A stretch of 47,920 nucleotides of DNA from Opitutales bacterium (GTDB lineage: Bacteria; Verrucomicrobiota; Verrucomicrobiia; Opitutales; JABSRG01), in assembly GCA_049599475.1 (NCBI GenBank), contig JBMYOQ010000024.1, positions 1-47,920 of the forward strand. Reading direction: 5' to 3'. Shown piece after piece: positions 1-10,079 of this stretch. Position numbers and translations under genes: made by a program. How positions within the stretch are numbered: the stretch's first letter is position 1; the number at the start of each line of letters is the position of its first letter. The notes beneath the pieces were generated by a model, which ran no database searches, was not told the DNA's origin, and worked only from the letters and a program-made list of their open reading frames with translations.

Positions 1-14
1 AAACGTCAACTAAA

Positions 15-134
15 TCAATAATTATGCCTAGCCCCCAATCTTTGGTGTAGACCCTCAATAATTATGCCTAGCCCCCAATCTTTGGTGTAGACCCTCAATA
101 ATTATGCCTAGCCCCCAATCTTTGGTGTAGACCC
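15..134. repeat. Three exact tandem copies of a 40-bp unit TCAATAATTATGCCTAGCCCCCAATCTTTGGTGTAGACCC
   Basis: Identical units at 15-54, 55-94 and 95-134 with no spacers; the array ends 6 bp from the tRNA 3' end. Confidence 0.97.
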
Positions 135-140
135 CGAAAA

Positions 141-217
141 TGGTAGGAGCTACTGGAGTCGAACCAGCGACCTCATCCATGTCAAGGATGCGCTCTAACC
201 AACTGAGCTAAGCCCCC
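141..217 (-). tRNA. tRNA-Val (anticodon GAC), CCA encoded
   Basis: Reverse complement GGGGGCTTAGCTCAGTTGGTTAGAGCGCATCCTTGACATGGATGAGGTCGCTGGTTCGACTCCAGTAGCTCCTACCA: D arm, anticodon arm CATCC-TTGACAT-GGATG, GTTCGA T-loop, 3' ACCA. Confidence 0.97.
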
Positions 218-258
218 ATTCAGAGAAGCGATGAGCCTCGCGAGATTGTGGGGCGTGG

Positions 259-756
259 TCAAGGCTTTATTCGAGACTTTCGTCTCATCTGGTTGAGCAG
301 GCGTAAGGCGGCGGGTCGGTAGGGCTCGCTGACGATGTATCCGATACACGCAGTGCTGCCGCAGGTGCATTTTCGCTGGAAGAGGCCTTCGAGGCCGAGT
401 CCGTAGTCGACTGTGATTTCCTCGCCGGCCTCGATTTGCTCTCGGGCAACGATGAAAATGCGTCCGTCAGCGATTTCGAAATCGCAATTCGGATCGCAGG
501 CGTGATTTGCAAAGCGAGCCGGGTTCTCGGGATTATCGCCGTCGATTGCCCATCGCTCATCAATCGCCATCCAATAGACAAGCTGTCCGTTTCGTTGCTG
601 AATATCAGCGATTAGAACCTTAGGCCCTGTGTATTCAACAAGGACCGTATCGGGGAGGATGCCCCGCGTGGCGAAAATGCCTTGGCCGTGGATAGGAGAG
701 TGCTTTACCGCCCAGGCGGGAGCAGGTGTTCTTGCGGATAGGGACAGGTTTTCCAT
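259..756 (-). CDS. SET-domain protein-lysine methyltransferase with post-SET cysteines
   Basis: Motifs SPIHGQGIFA, RFANHACDPNC, GEEITVDYG and post-SET CTCGSTAC. Confidence 0.92.
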   Translation of the reverse strand: MENLSLSARTPAPAWAVKHSPIHGQGIFATRGILPDTVLVEYTGPKVLIADIQQRNGQLVYWMAIDERWAIDGDNPENPARFANHACDPNCDFEIADGRIFIVAREQIEAGEEITVDYGLGLEGLFQRKCTCGSTACIGYIVSEPYRPAALRLLNQMRRKSRIKP

Positions 757-1010
757 CGAGAGAAAGCAAAGCAGTCGGCTTTGTTGACCCTGTTGAAAAA
801 GCTCTCCGCTGCCGACACTATTTGCGCATAGCTGCCGGTTTTTTCGACGAAGTCGTTGTGATAGATTACTTTTTGAATAGTGCCTGCGGTGACGCAGCCA
901 TCTGTGTCATAGGTCGGTTTAATAAGTACCGACAAGCGTGGTTCTTCGAGATGAACGACGCGGATTGTACCCGTGGAGTCCTGTATGTGGACGAATGTGT
1001 CTTCACCCAT
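705..1010 (-). CDS. Hypothetical protein (101 aa)
   Basis: ATG ORF filling the gap on the same strand as its neighbours; overlaps the annotated SET ORF start by 52 bp; no recognised motif. Confidence 0.5.
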   Translation of the reverse strand: MGEDTFVHIQDSTGTIRVVHLEEPRLSVLIKPTYDTDGCVTAGTIQKVIYHNDFVEKTGSYAQIVSAAESFFNRVNKADCFAFSRWKTCPYPQEHLLPPGR

Positions 1011-1058
1011 AGCCCGACGTAATGCATACGCCCTGCCAAGAATACTGGAATTGGAATT

Positions 1059-2273
1059 TTAAAAGAAATCTTTCACTGAGGTCTCGTCCCAGCCACATAT
1101 AGCGCGAACGAAGGCATTTCTTCGATCAATGTATTCCGACGAAAGGGCCTCTTCCCAGTGGCTATGTAAAACCACAACAGTCTCGTGCGCGAAATCTACG
1201 TATATGAGCTGTCCAAAAATGCCTGCAGCAAATATGGCATTGTCTCCATCGCGAAACCAGAGAGCACCGTAGCGATCGTTATTAGGCGAAGGCTGGCGTA
1301 AATAGCGAATCCAATGATTTTCGACGACCTGATTGCCATGTTTATCCAAGCCGCCGTTGAGCACAAACTGGCCTAACTTTGCGTGATCCTCAAGTGTCGC
1401 CGCAATGCAACATCCGGCAGTTTCGATTCCATCTGGAGCATTCAACATCCACTGGGCTTCGCTTTGAGTGCCGATCGATTGCCAAAGGGTGTCTGATAGA
1501 AAATCGGAGAGGGGACGCTCGGTAGCTCGAGACACCGCTGCTCCGAGCAGATAGATCTCGCCTGTGTTGTAATTATAAACGGATCCAGGATTCGCGACTG
1601 ACTCGAGTTGCGACATGTGCTCAATCAGCCCCAAAATACCCGTTTCAGCGGTGAATTCGCTCAAACGTGCCACGTCTGATTCTGGATCTGAGTAGTCCTC
1701 TGACCACTCAACTCCCGAACTCATATGCATAAGGTCACCCAAGCTCACTCTCTCGTAGGCACTGCCTGAGAGCTCCGGTAGATAGCGCGTTATGGAATCT
1801 TCGACAGAGTCAATTTGTCCGTCTTGCACTGCGATGCCTATAAGTAGACCGAGGACAGATTTGGCGATAGAGAATCCATTCCACTGTGTGTCGCGCTGGT
1901 AGCCTGCGGCATAGTGTTCAAAAATGATCTGTCCTCTTTTTAGTACGAGGGCCCCGGCTACTTGCTGAGACTCTAGGTGCTCTTGTATGGTGTAGGCCTG
2001 TCCCCCGTGCTCATAGGATCTCTGAGATAAATCCTCGATCGCGCGTGGAAGCGTTGCGGGGGCTCCGGGATAAATAGTCCTGGTTGGCTTCAAGTGCTTC
2101 AGAACTCCCAAGCCGATCTTTCGGTCCTCCGGTGACCAGAATAGGGCATCTTTTGATTTTAGGCGTTCCAGCAGGCCTGCATTTATAGAGAGAGATTCAT
2201 GCGCGTGAGCATTTCCAAAAATGCAGAAAATCCAAAATATATAGGTCCAGGTAAGTCGAAAAGTGTGTGGCAT
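1059..2273 (-). CDS. Secreted serine hydrolase, beta-lactamase/AmpC-like (6-aminohexanoate-dimer hydrolase-like)
   Basis: Signal peptide (AHA), SxxK motif FSIAKS, LMHMSSG, YNYN motif, C-terminal AAGIFGQ. Confidence 0.88.
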   Translation of the reverse strand: MPHTFRLTWTYIFWIFCIFGNAHAHESLSINAGLLERLKSKDALFWSPEDRKIGLGVLKHLKPTRTIYPGAPATLPRAIEDLSQRSYEHGGQAYTIQEHLESQQVAGALVLKRGQIIFEHYAAGYQRDTQWNGFSIAKSVLGLLIGIAVQDGQIDSVEDSITRYLPELSGSAYERVSLGDLMHMSSGVEWSEDYSDPESDVARLSEFTAETGILGLIEHMSQLESVANPGSVYNYNTGEIYLLGAAVSRATERPLSDFLSDTLWQSIGTQSEAQWMLNAPDGIETAGCCIAATLEDHAKLGQFVLNGGLDKHGNQVVENHWIRYLRQPSPNNDRYGALWFRDGDNAIFAAGIFGQLIYVDFAHETVVVLHSHWEEALSSEYIDRRNAFVRAICGWDETSVKDFF

Positions 2274-2284
2274 CTGCGTATATG

Positions 2285-2318
2285 AAAAAGTCGCTGGATT
2301 TTTATTTCCAACGACTTT
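2285..2318 (-). terminator. Intrinsic terminator after lpdA
   Basis: Minus strand AAAGTCGTTGGA-loop-TCCAGCGACTTTTT, about 25 bp after the lpdA stop. Confidence 0.75.
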
Positions 2319-2341
2319 GATAAATTGAACTACCTTGCTCC

Positions 2342-3751
2342 CTAGAGTGAGTGAATCGATGATTTCGAGACTGCCAGCGCGGCCTCTTTGATCGACTCTG
2401 AGATTGTCGGGTGAGCGTGAATAGTGCGCGCGATATCTTCGGCAGATCCCCCATACTCCATGTGAGTCACGCAGGAAGCGATCATCTCGGAGGCACCCTT
2501 GCCGATAATCTGAACGCCCAGAAGCTTATCTGTCGTCTTGTCGGCAATCACTTTTACGAAACCGTCGGTGGCATCCGTAGCAATTGCACGACCGTTCGCA
2601 GCAAGCGGGAATTTTCCAGCGTTTACAGCGAGGCCCTGTTCTTTTGCCTGTTGTTCGGTGATACCGACACTTGCGACTTCGGGTTCTGTGTAGACGACAT
2701 TGGGAATGACATCGTAATTCACATGGCCCGCCTTGCCGGCGATCATTTCTGCGATTGCGACACCTTCCTCCTCGGCCTTGTGCGCGAGCATCGGGCCTGG
2801 GATGACGTCACCGATTGCGAACACGCCCGGAGCGCTTGTCTTGAAATGTGCGTCCACTGGGATGCGACCCTTTTCATCGAGGCTGATCCCTACATTTTCA
2901 AGGCCGAGACCATCGGTGTATGGCTTGCGCCCAACCGCGACCAGGATCTTGTCCGCTTCGAATTCGACTACCTTGCCTTTCTTTTCAGCAGTCAAAACGG
3001 CTTTTCCTTCACCTTCAGGAAGCTTCACTCCTGTGCATTTCGTGTTGGTCTCGAACTTGAGGCCTTGCTTCTTGAAGATGCGCTCGACCATTTTTGAGAC
3101 ATCGTCGTCGAAGGTTGGAGCAATTTTGGGGAGAAACTCGATAACTGTGACCTGGGATCCAAGGCGTGACCAAACGGATCCGAGTTCTAGGCCGATTGCG
3201 CCGCCGCCGACAACGACGAGTTCTTCTGGGACTTCCTCGAAGGCGATTGCGTGATCGCTGCTGACGATCGTCTCGCCGTCGAATTTCAAGAATGGCAATT
3301 CGATGATCGAAGAGCCCGTCGCGATGATGATATTCTTCGCCTCGATTGTGATGGGGTCTCCCTCACCGGATACTTCGATCTTTCCTCCTCCAAGCAATTT
3401 CGCGGTGCCGTGGATGTTCTCAATGCCGCGCTTCGATGTGAGCTGCTGAACACCGCCACGAAGCTGATCGACGACCTTCGATTTACGCTCCATGAGCTTC
3501 GCAATGTCGACATTTACCGTCGGGATATCAAAGCCGTGAGAAGCTGCCTGGTCCTTCGCGAAATGGAGCATCTCGGTCGAGTGCAGGAGCGCTTTACTGG
3601 GAATACAGCCTACATTGAGGCAGGTGCCCCCGAGGTGTTTCGATTTTTCGATAAGGGCTGTTTTCAATCCAAGCTGTGCACAGCGAATGGCGGACACATA
3701 TCCACCTGGACCGGAACCGATGACGACTACGTCAAAAGATGATTGGGACAT
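2342..3751 (-). CDS. lpdA: Dihydrolipoyl dehydrogenase (E3)
   Basis: GSGPGGY FAD site, [13 protein letters not shown] redox disulfide, GGGAIG NAD site, HAHPT..E C-terminus. Confidence 0.97.
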   Translation of the reverse strand: MSQSSFDVVVIGSGPGGYVSAIRCAQLGLKTALIEKSKHLGGTCLNVGCIPSKALLHSTEMLHFAKDQAASHGFDIPTVNVDIAKLMERKSKVVDQLRGGVQQLTSKRGIENIHGTAKLLGGGKIEVSGEGDPITIEAKNIIIATGSSIIELPFLKFDGETIVSSDHAIAFEEVPEELVVVGGGAIGLELGSVWSRLGSQVTVIEFLPKIAPTFDDDVSKMVERIFKKQGLKFETNTKCTGVKLPEGEGKAVLTAEKKGKVVEFEADKILVAVGRKPYTDGLGLENVGISLDEKGRIPVDAHFKTSAPGVFAIGDVIPGPMLAHKAEEEGVAIAEMIAGKAGHVNYDVIPNVVYTEPEVASVGITEQQAKEQGLAVNAGKFPLAANGRAIATDATDGFVKVIADKTTDKLLGVQIIGKGASEMIASCVTHMEYGGSAEDIARTIHAHPTISESIKEAALAVSKSSIHSL

Positions 3752-3760
3752 TCTCTTTAT

Positions 3761-3865
3761 TTAAGGATGAAGGATGAGGTTTCTAAGGATGAGGGATGAA
3801 GGATTAAGGATGAAAGCTTAGCTGACGGAGATTTTCATCCTTCATCCCTCATCCTTCATCCTTAA
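3761..3865. repeat. Inverted arrays of the heptamer (A/G)GGATGA / TCATCC(T/C) between sucB and lpdA
   Basis: Left arm ttaaggatgaaggatgagg...aggatgaaa (3761-3815); right arm tttcatccttcatccctcatccttcatccttaa (3833-3865); the outer 19 nt are exact reverse complements. Confidence 0.9.
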
Positions 3866-3878
3866 TTTTATTTCCGAT

Positions 3879-5084
3879 CTAGAGATCGAACAGGAGGCGT
3901 GATGGGTCTTCGATAGCTTCCTTGATTTTGACGAGGAATGTGACCGCTTCCTTACCATCGACGATTCGGTGGTCGTAGGAGAGGGCGAGATACATCATTG
4001 GGCGAATTTCCACTTGGCCATTCACCGCCACTGGACGTTGCTGGATGCTGTGCATTCCGAGGATACCGCTCTGTGGTGGGTTGATTATCGGCGTCGAAAG
4101 TAGTGAGCCGTAGGTGCCACCGTTGGAAATGGTGAATCCACCGCCCTGCATGTCGTCGATTGTTATCTTACCCGCTTGGCCCTTTTTCGCGTAATCCTTA
4201 ATGGAATTTTCAATGCCTGCGAAGGAAAGCTTGTCGCAATCGCGGACGACTGGGACGACCAGTCCGCGGTCTGTTCCGATCGCAACACCGATATCGTAGA
4301 AGTGATTAATCACAACTTCGTCGCCCTCGATCTGCGCGTTGATCATTGGGATGTCTTGAAGCGCTTTTACGACTGCCTTCACGAAGAAGGACATGAAGCC
4401 AAGCTTGATGCCGTGCTTTGCCACAAAATCTTCCTGGTGCTGCTTGCGGAGCTTCATGACTGCAGACATGTCCACTTCATTGAAGGTGGAAAGAATCGCT
4501 GCGGTCTGCTGTGAAGCCACGAGGCGCTGAGCAATCTTCTTGCGCAACGGAGTCATCTTCTTACGCGTGGTGCGGCCTTCTGGTGAAGGCGCTAGAGCGG
4601 GAGCCGAAGGGGTTGGGGCGGCAGCTGGCTTAGGTGGTGCAGGTTGTTCTGCCGCTAGCATGTCGCCCTTGGTCACTCGGCCATCTTTTCCGCTTCCTGG
4701 AACCGTTGAAGGATCAATTCCTGTTTCGCTCGCGATGCGGCGAACTGCTGGGCTCACAGGCTTGTCTCCAGAAGGTGCTCCGGTGGGCGCCTCTGCTGGT
4801 TTTTCGCTCGGAGCTGCGGGCTCAGCTGCGGGGGATGCACCGGCGCTGACGGACTCGTCGATGAGGGCCACGACCTGACCGATTTCGACTTCGTCGCCTT
4901 CTTCGGCTTGAAGTGTAATTTTGCCGCCTACTTCTGCATTGGCCTCCGAGGTGATTTTATCCGTCTCTAGCTCGAAAAGGACTTGTCCAGCCTCCACGAC
5001 ATCTCCGTCTTGCACTGACCAAGCGGCCAGGATTCCGGACGTGATCGATTCGCCCATTGCAGGTATTTTTACTTCAGTAGCCAT
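3879..5084 (-). CDS. sucB: 2-oxoglutarate dehydrogenase E2, dihydrolipoyllysine-residue succinyltransferase
   Basis: Lipoyl motif LETDKIT, E3-binding [12 protein letters not shown], catalytic SYDHRIVDG. Confidence 0.97.
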   Translation of the reverse strand: MATEVKIPAMGESITSGILAAWSVQDGDVVEAGQVLFELETDKITSEANAEVGGKITLQAEEGDEVEIGQVVALIDESVSAGASPAAEPAAPSEKPAEAPTGAPSGDKPVSPAVRRIASETGIDPSTVPGSGKDGRVTKGDMLAAEQPAPPKPAAAPTPSAPALAPSPEGRTTRKKMTPLRKKIAQRLVASQQTAAILSTFNEVDMSAVMKLRKQHQEDFVAKHGIKLGFMSFFVKAVVKALQDIPMINAQIEGDEVVINHFYDIGVAIGTDRGLVVPVVRDCDKLSFAGIENSIKDYAKKGQAGKITIDDMQGGGFTISNGGTYGSLLSTPIINPPQSGILGMHSIQQRPVAVNGQVEIRPMMYLALSYDHRIVDGKEAVTFLVKIKEAIEDPSRLLFDL

Positions 5085-5128
5085 GTTTATATGATTTCGG
5101 AAAATTAGTTTATACGCGCTCTTGTGTC

Positions 5129-7894
5129 TTAGCTTTCGAGTCCCTCGAAGGCTTGTTTAAGAATAGCTTCTTGCTCAATCTTGTGGACCACGAGGGAGCC
5201 CACCGCAGTACTTGCGGATGGCTTCCGGCCGACGAAGCGTGGACGCATTTCGACACTGCGCTCGATGCGCTCTTCGATGGCCTTCCAGGGGCCCATATTC
5301 TTAGGCTCTTCCTGACACCAGACGACCTCTTTTACCTGAGGGTACTGAGCCAGGAGTTCCTTCAAAAATTTGGTGTTGAGCGGGTAGAGTTGTTCGACGC
5401 GTAGAATGACGGCCTTGTCGGTCGCACCGATGGTCTCGCGGTATTGCGCGAGGTCGTAATACACCTTGCCGGAGCAAAGAATAAGGCGCTCTGCTTTTGT
5501 TGGCTTCTTCGGGTCATCCAAAATGGAGAGGAAGGTGCCGTTGGTAAACTCATCCACGGTCGAGACGGCCTCCTTTGAGCGCAACAGGCTCTTGGGTGCC
5601 ATGATGATGAGCGGCTTGCGGAAGCTGCGCTTCATCTGGCGACGTAGGATGTGGAAATATTGAGCCGGGGTGGTTAGGTTTGCCACTTGGATGTTCTTTT
5701 CAGCGCAGAGCTGTAGGAAGCGCTCTAAGCGAGCAGACGAGTGCTCAGGTCCCATGCCTTCGTAGCCGTGTGGCAAGAGCATTACTAGCCCGCTTACGCG
5801 TTGCCATTTGGATTCAGAACTCGCGATAAATTGGTCAATGATGACTTGGGCGCCGTTACAGAAATCTCCGAATTGGGCTTCCCAGATGGCGAGCATCTTC
5901 GGGTAGTCGAGCGAGTAGCCGTAATCAAAGCCAAGCACCGCGGCTTCAGAAAGCAGGGAGTTGTAAACGCAGAACTGGGCTTGGTTTTCCCCTAAGTTAA
6001 GGAGGGGGACGTAGCGCTCGCGGGTATTTACGTCGTACCACGCTGCGTGGCGATGGGAGAAGGTGCCGCGCTCTGAATCCTGTCCCGAGAGGCGGACCGG
6101 AGTGCCTTCCATCATCAGCGTTCCGAATGCGAGAGACTCAGCAAAGCCCCAGTCGATGCCTGATCCATTCTCGAAATTTTTCCACTTCGCATCGACCTGA
6201 CGTTTGATCTTCGGGTTCACCTTGATGTTCTCAGGCATCGTGGTGAGCACCTTTGCTACGTGGGTCAAAGTCTCTTCACTGGTCGACGAGTCTACGGGAT
6301 CGAAGCTGTATTCGGGCTGATAAACAGCAGTGGAGCCAAAAAGCTTGGAGCCGGAGAGTTTGGCCTGCTCGGTCTTCTTTGCTGCCTCGAATTCTTCCTG
6401 AAGCAGGTTGTCGAATTCGGCGCGCATGGTCTTGGCTTCGCTTTCCTCAATCTCGCCATCTGCGATCATCTGCTCTGAGAGGAATTCGCTCTTTTCCTTC
6501 TTCGCTCCGATTTTGCGATAGAGGACGGGTTGGGTGAATTTCGGCTCGTCGGACTCGTTGTGACCATGTTTGCGGTAGCAGAGGAGGTCGATAAACACGT
6601 CCTCGCTAAACATTTGGCGGTATTCGAGGGCGAGCTCGGTCGCATGGATAACCGCGAGTGGGTCATCGCCATTCACGTGGAAAACAGGCGATTCGATCAT
6701 CTTCGCGACGTCTGTGCAGTAGCGGCTGGAGCGCGCGTCTGCAGGGTCTGTCGTGAAACCAATTTGGTTGTTCACTACAATGTGGACGGTTCCGCCGGTT
6801 TTGTAGCCTTTAAGCTTCGAGAAGTTACAGGTTTCTGCGACGACGCCTTGGCCGGCGATCGCGGCATCGCCATGGATCAGGATTGGAAGCACTTGCTTGC
6901 GCTCGGTGTCACCAATGATGCGTTGGCGGGCGCGTGCCTTTCCTTCGACAACCGGATTGACGGCTTCCAAGTGGCTTGGGTTGGCCGCAAGACGAATTTC
7001 GATTTTGCTCCCGTCTGGCGTGGTTTTCACCGTCTCGTATCCGAGGTGGTATTTTACGTCGCCGTCCCCGTGGTTCATATTCGGCACGTAGTTCTCACTG
7101 AACTCGTTAAATATGAAGCGGTAGGACTTATTTAAAATGTTTGCTAGGACGTTCAGGCGACCCCGGTGAGCCATGCCCATGACGATTTCCTTACCGCCAA
7201 ACTCAGGCAGCTTCTCGATGATCGCATCGATGCAAGGAATCAGGGTTTCGCCGCCCTCGAGTGAAAAGCGTTTTTGACCGACAAAGCGGTTGTGCAGGTA
7301 GGCTTCGAATTTTTCTGCCTTATAGAGGCTGCGGAGGATGCGTAGTTTACGTTCCTTAGAGAAATTCGGGACGTTGTTCATCGGCTCCATCTTCGCCTGA
7401 AGCCAGCGTCGTTTCGGCGTCTCTTGGATGTGAATATACTCCGCGCCGATCGATCCACAGTAAGTTTTGTTTAGGCGCTCAATGAGCTCGCCCAGTTTCA
7501 TGGAAACCCCGCCGAGGTAATTACCGGTATCGAATGTCGAGTCGAGATCGGCCTCGGTAAGCCCCAGGCGCTCTAGGCTGAGACGCGGGTTGGGCTCGGG
7601 TTCGAAAAGGGGATTGAAGTCCGCTTGGGTATGGCCGTTTGAGCGATAGGCGTAAATAGCGCCAATGACTCGGGCCTGTTTCTTCGGGTCGACTCCGGTA
7701 AGGGGAGCGTCGCTCGAGCCAGGCGCTGGTAACTCGGCAAGGGCTCCACCGTTTACCGAGCCTCCTGCGAGCTCGAAGCCTTCGAAAAACATCTGCCAAT
7801 CGCGATCAAGATCTGAAGGGTTGGCAATCCAGCGTTCATATTGTGCGTCAATCGCATCCGCGTTCCAGCGGTTGGCGAATGTAAGATGTTTCAT
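5129..7894 (-). CDS. sucA: 2-oxoglutarate dehydrogenase E1
   Basis: [25 protein letters not shown] motif, [21 protein letters not shown]; start moved to ATG at 7894 ([11 protein letters not shown]). Confidence 0.96.
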   Translation of the reverse strand: MKHLTFANRWNADAIDAQYERWIANPSDLDRDWQMFFEGFELAGGSVNGGALAELPAPGSSDAPLTGVDPKKQARVIGAIYAYRSNGHTQADFNPLFEPEPNPRLSLERLGLTEADLDSTFDTGNYLGGVSMKLGELIERLNKTYCGSIGAEYIHIQETPKRRWLQAKMEPMNNVPNFSKERKLRILRSLYKAEKFEAYLHNRFVGQKRFSLEGGETLIPCIDAIIEKLPEFGGKEIVMGMAHRGRLNVLANILNKSYRFIFNEFSENYVPNMNHGDGDVKYHLGYETVKTTPDGSKIEIRLAANPSHLEAVNPVVEGKARARQRIIGDTERKQVLPILIHGDAAIAGQGVVAETCNFSKLKGYKTGGTVHIVVNNQIGFTTDPADARSSRYCTDVAKMIESPVFHVNGDDPLAVIHATELALEYRQMFSEDVFIDLLCYRKHGHNESDEPKFTQPVLYRKIGAKKEKSEFLSEQMIADGEIEESEAKTMRAEFDNLLQEEFEAAKKTEQAKLSGSKLFGSTAVYQPEYSFDPVDSSTSEETLTHVAKVLTTMPENIKVNPKIKRQVDAKWKNFENGSGIDWGFAESLAFGTLMMEGTPVRLSGQDSERGTFSHRHAAWYDVNTRERYVPLLNLGENQAQFCVYNSLLSEAAVLGFDYGYSLDYPKMLAIWEAQFGDFCNGAQVIIDQFIASSESKWQRVSGLVMLLPHGYEGMGPEHSSARLERFLQLCAEKNIQVANLTTPAQYFHILRRQMKRSFRKPLIIMAPKSLLRSKEAVSTVDEFTNGTFLSILDDPKKPTKAERLILCSGKVYYDLAQYRETIGATDKAVILRVEQLYPLNTKFLKELLAQYPQVKEVVWCQEEPKNMGPWKAIEERIERSVEMRPRFVGRKPSASTAVGSLVVHKIEQEAILKQAFEGLES

Positions 7895-8092
7895 GTCTTT
7901 GTGTTGCTTGTGGAGTCGTTTGAAAGGTCCGTGCAATTGACTTTAGTCTTGCACCGACCCTACGAGAGCTAAGCCTCGTTAATTGTGTACACAAGAGACA
8001 TCGGAATCTTGATACCGCTTTATTAGTCCCCAAAATCCTAAACCGAAATCCATTAGCTCAGCTTATTAATAAATTTTGCTAATACTTCGACA

Positions 8093-8311
8093 ATGAATCT
8101 ATCAATCAAGGACGCATTACTAATAGTCAATGGCCGCGCCCAAGAGATCGAATCGGACAGTGTGCCGGCGATCGCGAGTGCTCTTTTAGCTTTGGATACA
8201 CTGCTCGAAAATCTATCTGAACAAATCCCGGGCCAGCTGACGCATTATCTCGAACGTCGAAGCTATCAAAAAGCCTTGGACTATGTAGAGACGCATTCGA
8301 TCAATCTTTAA
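8093..8311 (+). CDS. Small hypothetical protein (72 aa)
   Basis: First ORF of a tightly spaced plus-strand cluster; helical C-terminus HYLERRSYQKAL. Confidence 0.65.
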   Translation: MNLSIKDALLIVNGRAQEIESDSVPAIASALLALDTLLENLSEQIPGQLTHYLERRSYQKALDYVETHSINL

Positions 8312-8317
8312 AACAGT

Positions 8318-8713
8318 ATGGGACGCTCCTCGAAAAAACGAATTGATACCGCTGCCGGTGGCGAAGGCCTGGGAACGAGCGCTTTTGCGTCGCTCAGCAC
8401 ATCCGGTCTACCGGAAGGCCCGAAAACTCCCGTAACTCCCAAAAAGGCTAAGGAGAAAAAGGGACCGCGCCATGTTGTTAATGTTCGTAGATTGACTGCG
8501 GGCAAAGGCGGCAAGGTCGTCACTGAGCTGACTGGATTTGAGCCTGATTTTTTCGCCAACCGAGCAAAAGTCGCCCTCAAGGATTTGCAAAAGCAATCGG
8601 GCGGGGGAGGCACCGTGAAGGGAAAAGCCATAGAGCTGCAGGGCGACTGTCGCGAACGGATCCGACCTTATCTAGAATCGAAGGGGTATCGCGTCGTGCT
8701 TTCGGGAGGCTAA
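8318..8713 (+). CDS. yciH: Translation initiation factor SUI1/YciH family protein
   Basis: GKGGKVVT..G, LQKQSGGGGTVK..IELQGD, C-terminal GG. Confidence 0.9.
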   Translation: MGRSSKKRIDTAAGGEGLGTSAFASLSTSGLPEGPKTPVTPKKAKEKKGPRHVVNVRRLTAGKGGKVVTELTGFEPDFFANRAKVALKDLQKQSGGGGTVKGKAIELQGDCRERIRPYLESKGYRVVLSGG

Positions 8714-8737
8714 AGTCGACCTTAACTGCTCGTTTCA

Positions 8738-9376
8738 TTGACTCTAATACACTCCGCCATCAATAGCTCTTTTATGAAAACTCCGCCGCGCCTCGACTCT
8801 TTGACCATGGAAATTGTCCGTGGGCGCAATGCATGGCTGGCTTTGGGCCTTATTGGGATCGCTGGATGTGTGCCTGTTCTTAACTTCGTCGTTTTTGGAT
8901 ATATCCTAGAAGTGATGGGCAAATATCAGAGAACAGGTCAGATTGCTTTTGAAAAGCCGGCGGATTGGACGGCCCTTGTGAGAGAGTCCTTGATCGTGGG
9001 CGTCGCATTTTTGGCCTATGCCGGAGTGCCTTGGTTTTGTGGTGGAATACTTGAGGAAATCATCGACCAACTCTCGGCTATGGCGGTAGTCCCCATTGGA
9101 AGCTTATGTGTGAGCACTGGAGGAATCATCGGCCTCGGTCTTTTTGGCGCGGCATTCATTACTTATATTCGTTCCGGATCTTGGGAGCCTCTATTACAAG
9201 TGCGTGAGATTGCTCAACTTGCGCTATCGATGGCTTCAGCGGTGTGGCTGCCAGTCGTATTAATATTCGGATTCACCGCTATTACTGAACCATTCTACGG
9301 TTTGGGATTGGCTATCGGTCTGTTCTTTTACTGCTTTTATTTAGGAGAGATCTCCCGTCGCTTGTCTCAGTCTTAG
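8738..9376 (+). CDS. Integral membrane protein, DUF4013-like
   Basis: About four hydrophobic segments; pattern CVPVLNFVVFGY...P.DW; true start may be ATG 8774 or 8807. Confidence 0.65.
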   Translation: MTLIHSAINSSFMKTPPRLDSLTMEIVRGRNAWLALGLIGIAGCVPVLNFVVFGYILEVMGKYQRTGQIAFEKPADWTALVRESLIVGVAFLAYAGVPWFCGGILEEIIDQLSAMAVVPIGSLCVSTGGIIGLGLFGAAFITYIRSGSWEPLLQVREIAQLALSMASAVWLPVVLIFGFTAITEPFYGLGLAIGLFFYCFYLGEISRRLSQS

Positions 9377-9389
9377 TCTTTATTGCCCC

Positions 9390-10079
9390 ATGAAACAGGA
9401 ACACTTCGATTCGCACTTTAAGGCATCTTTTGCCGTCGGCATGATGGTAGCCATGCTCGGCTTCCTCCTTGGCGTCTACTATTTGCTGCAAACAGCGCCG
9501 ACTCGATTGAGCCCTTCCGTTTTCGCAGAGGCCGATAGAAATACTCAGAGCTTGGTCGAAGAGGGGCCCATACCGCTCTATATACTTCCATATCAAGACC
9601 GCGGCGGGGATTCATTTACAGCAAAACGCGATGCTTTTGTCGCGGGCAATTCCGACGTCTTGGAGCTCAGCGAAGCGGAACTCAATGCCTGGCTGAGAGA
9701 TAATTTCACCCCTGCGAACGATCCTTCGATCTCCGAGCGGCCCTTTGCTTTGCTCCCTGCAGTTCCCAAAGTCTCTCTTCAGGAGGACTATATGCAGATA
9801 ATTATGGATCTCACGGTTTCGATGAGTGGCGATGAGCACAGTGGCTTATTTACCGCATTGGGCAGTTTTGAGAAGGTGGGGAACCAGTGGTCGTTTAACA
9901 CGACGGACTCCGCGGTAGCCAGCGCTCGGGTGCCTGGCGGGGCTCTTCTCGCCAATACCTTTATTGATTTCTTCAAATCAGTCTTTGCCGCAGCTCCTGA
10001 ATATCAGCAAGTGCAGGAGTTTTGGGGTCAAGTGAGCGAGATCGAGCTTACGCCGGGTTCTATTCGTATCACTCGGTAA
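9390..10079 (+). CDS. Hypothetical membrane-anchored protein
   Basis: N-terminal TM helix, LSEAELNAWL motif; its stop overlaps the next start (TAATG). Confidence 0.75.
   Translation: MKQEHFDSHFKASFAVGMMVAMLGFLLGVYYLLQTAPTRLSPSVFAEADRNTQSLVEEGPIPLYILPYQDRGGDSFTAKRDAFVAGNSDVLELSEAELNAWLRDNFTPANDPSISERPFALLPAVPKVSLQEDYMQIIMDLTVSMSGDEHSGLFTALGSFEKVGNQWSFNTTDSAVASARVPGGALLANTFIDFFKSVFAAAPEYQQVQEFWGQVSEIELTPGSIRITR

Noticed and set aside
25..40. Repeat as a duplicated tRNA fragment (att site): GCCTAGCCCCCAAT versus GCTAAGCCCCCATT at 207-220
   Set aside because: The similarity is short and to the tRNA 5' end, whereas att duplications normally copy the 3' end; probably chance.
15..134. CRISPR array interpretation of the 40-bp repeats
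   Set aside because: Units are contiguous with no unique spacers, and no cas genes are present in the window.
182..370. 62-aa ORF ending GGLAQLVRAHP
   Set aside because: It is a translation through the tRNA gene and an alternative frame of the SET gene.
1059..2273. Antibiotic-resistance beta-lactamase
   Set aside because: The SxxK/YxN fold is shared by esterases and amidases, and the sequence lacks the class C KTG triad; resistance is unsupported.
2411..7135. Long antisense ORFs opposite lpdA, sucB and sucA (also opposite dnaE, mtaB and the symporter)
   Set aside because: Shadow ORFs arising from codon bias of conserved genes; no protein motifs.
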